10,205 bases of DNA from positions 1-10,205 of the forward strand of contig NW_021827615.1 in assembly GCF_006345805.1 (NCBI RefSeq), read 5' to 3'. The number at the start of each line of letters is the position of its first letter. Position 1 is the first letter of the stretch. Shown piece after piece: positions 7,403 to 10,205 of the stretch. The position numbers were made by a program, and so were the translations under genes. The notes under the pieces are model-generated. The model was not told the origin of the DNA, searched no databases, and saw only the letters and a program-made list of their open reading frames with translations. The DNA comes from Octopus sinensis. Its lineage: Eukaryota.

Positions 7403-9140
7403 CGAAGAAAAAGAAGAAAAAAGAAAAAGGAGCAGCAGAGGAGGGGGAGGAAGAGAATTACAAGAAGAAATAGGAGGAGGAGGGGCGGAGTGGAGGGGGA
7501 AGAGAATTTAAAGAAGAAAATGAAGAATTATAATAAGAAAAAAATTAGAAGAGGAAGGAGGAGGAGGACCAGGAGGAGGAGGAGGAGAACCAGGAGGAGG
7601 CGGAGGACCAGGAGGAGGAGGAGGAGATATAGGAGAAAAGAAAAGAAGAGAAGAAGAAGAAGAAGAAGAAGAAGAAGATGAAGTAGAAGTGGAAGAAAGA
7701 AAAGAAGAAGAAGAAGAAGAAGGAGAAGAAGAAGGAGAAGAAGAAGAAGGAGGAGGAGGAGGCAGAAGACGAAATGACAAAAAGATGATGAAAAAGGCAG
7801 AGAATGAAGAAGTAGAATAAGAAAAACAAAGAAGAATAAGATAAGAAGAAGAAAGAAGAAGAAGAAGAAGACGAAAAAGAAGGAGATGGGGGAGGGGGAG
7901 GGGAAGAAGAAGAATTGCAAGAAAAGGAAGGAAAGAACATAAGAAGAAGACGTATAAGAAGTTGAAGCAGGAAAAAAGAAGAAGATAAGAAGAAGAGAAG
8001 GATGATGAGGATAGGAGGATGGAGGGAAAAAAGAATAACAAAACATAATTTAAGAAGGAGAAATGAGGAGGAGGATAAATGTAGAATAATAGTAGAAGAA
8101 GAAGTAAGGTAGGAAAAAGGATAGAAGAGAAATTACTAAGGGATAATAAGTAGTCAGAAGATGAAAGAAGAAGAAAGATGAATGATTAGGAGAATTATTA
8201 GGAGAAGAATAACAAAAAGAAGAATATAATAAGAAAGGATGGTAGTAGAGAAGTAATATGTAGAGTAAGAAAGAAGTAGAAATTATAGAAGAAAAAAAAG
8301 AACTAGAAGAATGAGAAGAAGAAAAGAAAAGAAGGAGGAGGAGGAAAAGAAGAAGAAGAATTTAGAAGATAGAAGCATAATAAGAATAAAAGGAGCAGGA
8401 GTGAAGGGAGGAGGAATTACAAATAAGAAAAGTGATGAGGTAATGTGCGGAGAATTTTGGTAGAAGAAAATACATAAAAAAAATAATTAGAAGAAGGAAT
8501 AGAAAAGATAGAAGAGGATGAATTGAAAAAAAGTGGAGTAATAAAAAGAATAAGAATAATAAAAGACGAAGGAGGAGAGGAGGATTGGGGTAAGAGAGAA
8601 TTTGAAATTATCAGAAGGACGAGAGGAAGAATGAAGAAGAAGAATAAAGAAGAATACGAAGAAAAGAATAAAAATAAAAAGGATCAGCAGATGGAAGGAT
8701 GAGAGACTTACAAAATAAGAAGATATGAGAGGGGCGGAAGTGGAGGAAGAGAATTTAAAGAAGAAAAGAAGAATAATAATAGAAAATATTGGAAGAGGAG
8801 GAGGAGGAGGACCATGAGGAGGAGGAGGACCTAGGAGTAGGAGGAGGAGATCTAGGAGAAAAAGAAAGAAGAGAAGAAGAGAAGAAGAAGAAGATGAAAG
8901 TAGAAGTGGAAGAAAGAAAGAAGAAGAAGAAATGAGAAGAAGAAGAAGAAGAAGAAGAAAAGAGGGGAGGCAGAAGACGAAATTACAAAAGATGATGAAA
9001 AAGCATAGAAGGAGAAGTGATAAGAACAATAACAAAAAGAAGGAATAAGAGAGAAGAAGATAAGAAACGAAGAAGAAGAAAGAAGACGAATAAGAAGAGA
9101 AGAAGATAAGAAGAAGATACGACGACTAAGAGAAGACAAC
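6286..9140 (+). repeat. Purine-rich low-complexity tract R4 (long version with internal duplication)
   Basis: GAA/GGA composition. Anchors repeat at an offset of about 1245. Confidence 0.95.
6624..9084 (+). repeat. Degenerate tandem duplication of about 1.24 kb within R4 (6624-7869 and 7870-9084)
   Basis: Paired anchors: GACGAAAAAGAAGG 6624/7870, GAATTGCAAG 6664/7912, GTTGAAGCAGGAAAAAA 6714/7961, AATAACAAAAAGAAGAATATA 6964/8208, GGCAGAAGACGAAAT 7761/8969. Confidence 0.85.
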
Positions 9141-9477
9141 ATTGAAAATCATGGTGTTTAAGATGAACCTGAAAATATTTTCGAAAATCATGAAATAATT
9201 CAAGGATAGAATGAAAAATTTGGGCGAAAAGACATGGCAGAAAAATCAGGGAAATATACGGAATCAGAAATCAACATATTCAATTGCACCTCATACGCAT
9301 TCTTATATTCATAGTATCAACGACGGAATGCGGCATTCACACTCAACATCACACATATTCCACTCACCCTTGTGGAAATATGGTGAGAGAGATTATTTTT
9401 TCATATCGCTTCATTGTCACAAGAATATTAGAAAACACACCGCTTACACAACAAATATATCAGCAGTTTAATGTATC
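9141..9477 (+). repeat. Module C, copy 3 (full length)
   Basis: Aligns with 3625-3970 and carries several 1-bp indels. Confidence 0.9.
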
Positions 9478-9990
9478 AGGCCAAATATTCCAGCTTACAA
9501 GTACAGTAAGTATTTCAGGTTTACAGATAGAATGTATGTGACTATATTATTCGAATATATATTTTTCCGCTTCCACTTCAGTTGCTCTATTCCATAATAA
9601 CGTGAAGTGAATGACAAAATTCGAATTTTGAATGATAATATCGAAACACGAAGGGAATATTGAAATAAGAAATGGAGAGGATTGCAAAATATAAATAGGG
9701 AATAATATAGTCACATTTCACACAGAACTACCACTTATATATGAACATACACATATACTTCAGCTAAAAATATTGATGCAAACATGTAACTCACAAACGT
9801 TACCATTTCTAATACAAATTCATATCAAACCATTGAAATTTGTGGAACAAAACTGAGTTATTGAGATGCGAATTGAAACAAAGCAACTACATAAAGGAAC
9901 ATTATATTTTTCCTATTATTTCATTTTCTCTCTCAAATTCTCTCTCTTTCTTCACATTGTCTCGCTCTCTCATATTCTCTTTGTATATTC
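9478..9990 (+). repeat. Module D, copy 2
   Basis: 513 bp, aligns with 5482-5998. Confidence 0.9.
9506..9581 (+). other. Paralogous candidate intron (76 nt, GTAAGT...CACTTCAG)
   Basis: Same donor and acceptor as 5510-5584. Confidence 0.38.
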
Positions 9991-10205
9991 CTAAATCGTT
10001 TCATTCTACAAATTTGAATTAATTTTGTTTTATTCAGTCTGAAATATATATACATTTGTGAGCTTATATATCAGCAATCAATTATTACTTTCGAAAAATC
10101 GTATCAAGAAACTGAACGAACTTACAAGTTTTTAAATGGAAGCCCCCGTGAATGCACCTTCTTTGATGGTTGCAATGTTGTTCCCTTGCAGATCTCTATA
10201 GCAGT
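9991..10205 (+). repeat. Module A, copy 4 (3'-truncated by window edge)
   Basis: Colinear with 5999-6215 with a few 1-bp indels. Confidence 0.9.

Larger units (their letters stand above)
1..10205 (+). repeat. Head-to-tail array of a composite macro-repeat (module A, purine tract, module C, module D); about 3 units plus a partial fourth
   Basis: ATATATCAGC...ACTTTCG recurs at 1, 4060, 6074 and 10066. GAATCAGAAATCAACATATTC recurs at 3755, 5267 and 9261. All copies have the same orientation and module order. Confidence 0.92.

Noticed and set aside
293-7681. Plus-strand poly-R/K/E/G ORFs resembling protamines or SR proteins
   Set aside because: These are the three frames of GAA/GGA runs. Starts, stops and frames are not conserved between homologous tract copies.
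484-9142. Long minus-strand ORFs rich in F, L, S and P that look like membrane proteins or signal peptides
   Set aside because: The minus strand of the tracts is nearly all C and T, so stop codons, which need A, are rare. The ORFs overlap in several frames and are not conserved between units, so they are compositional artefacts.
9615-9630. Perfect 16-bp palindrome CAAAATTCGAATTTTG
   Set aside because: It is not preserved in the paralog at about 5618-5633 (CAAAATTCGAAGTTGT), so it is probably incidental.
9840-10022. 60-aa ORF across the end of module D
   Set aside because: It crosses the CT-rich tract and the frame is broken in the paralog around 5850-6030.
1-10205. Transposable element, telomeric repeat, rRNA or tRNA identity for the unit
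   Set aside because: I saw no terminal inverted repeats, LTR pair, target-site duplication, transposase or reverse transcriptase motif, telomeric motif or RNA gene signature. A non-autonomous element cannot be excluded without a library search.

Overview
This window has no confidently identifiable gene, RNA gene, CRISPR array or transposon. It is a head-to-tail array of a long, variable-length composite repeat unit, most likely eukaryotic. Unit starts (anchor CTAAATC...) fall at about 3985, 5999 and 9991, and the first unit begins just before base 1. Unit lengths are about 4.06, 2.01 and 3.99 kb. Each unit follows the order: AT-rich module A, then a kilobase-scale purine-rich (GAA/GGA) tract, then AT-rich module C, then AT-rich module D. 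Units differ by whole-module loss, internal duplication and one single-copy island (B, 1944-2197). The purine tracts are not simple microsatellites, because they contain a colinear degenerate core of about 650 bp present five times. Nearly all ORFs in the supplied track are compositional artefacts of the low-complexity tracts. The AT-rich modules carry weak gene-like signals: a GT-AG intron candidate, a conserved CAG acceptor after a pyrimidine tract, and a consensus reading frame in module C that continues past a TAG conserved in all three copies. This could be a decayed tandem gene family, possibly in an organism using TAA/TAG as sense codons, but that is unproven. Many single-base indels, especially after about 7870, suggest imperfectly polished long-read sequence. 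All alignments and counts were done by eye.
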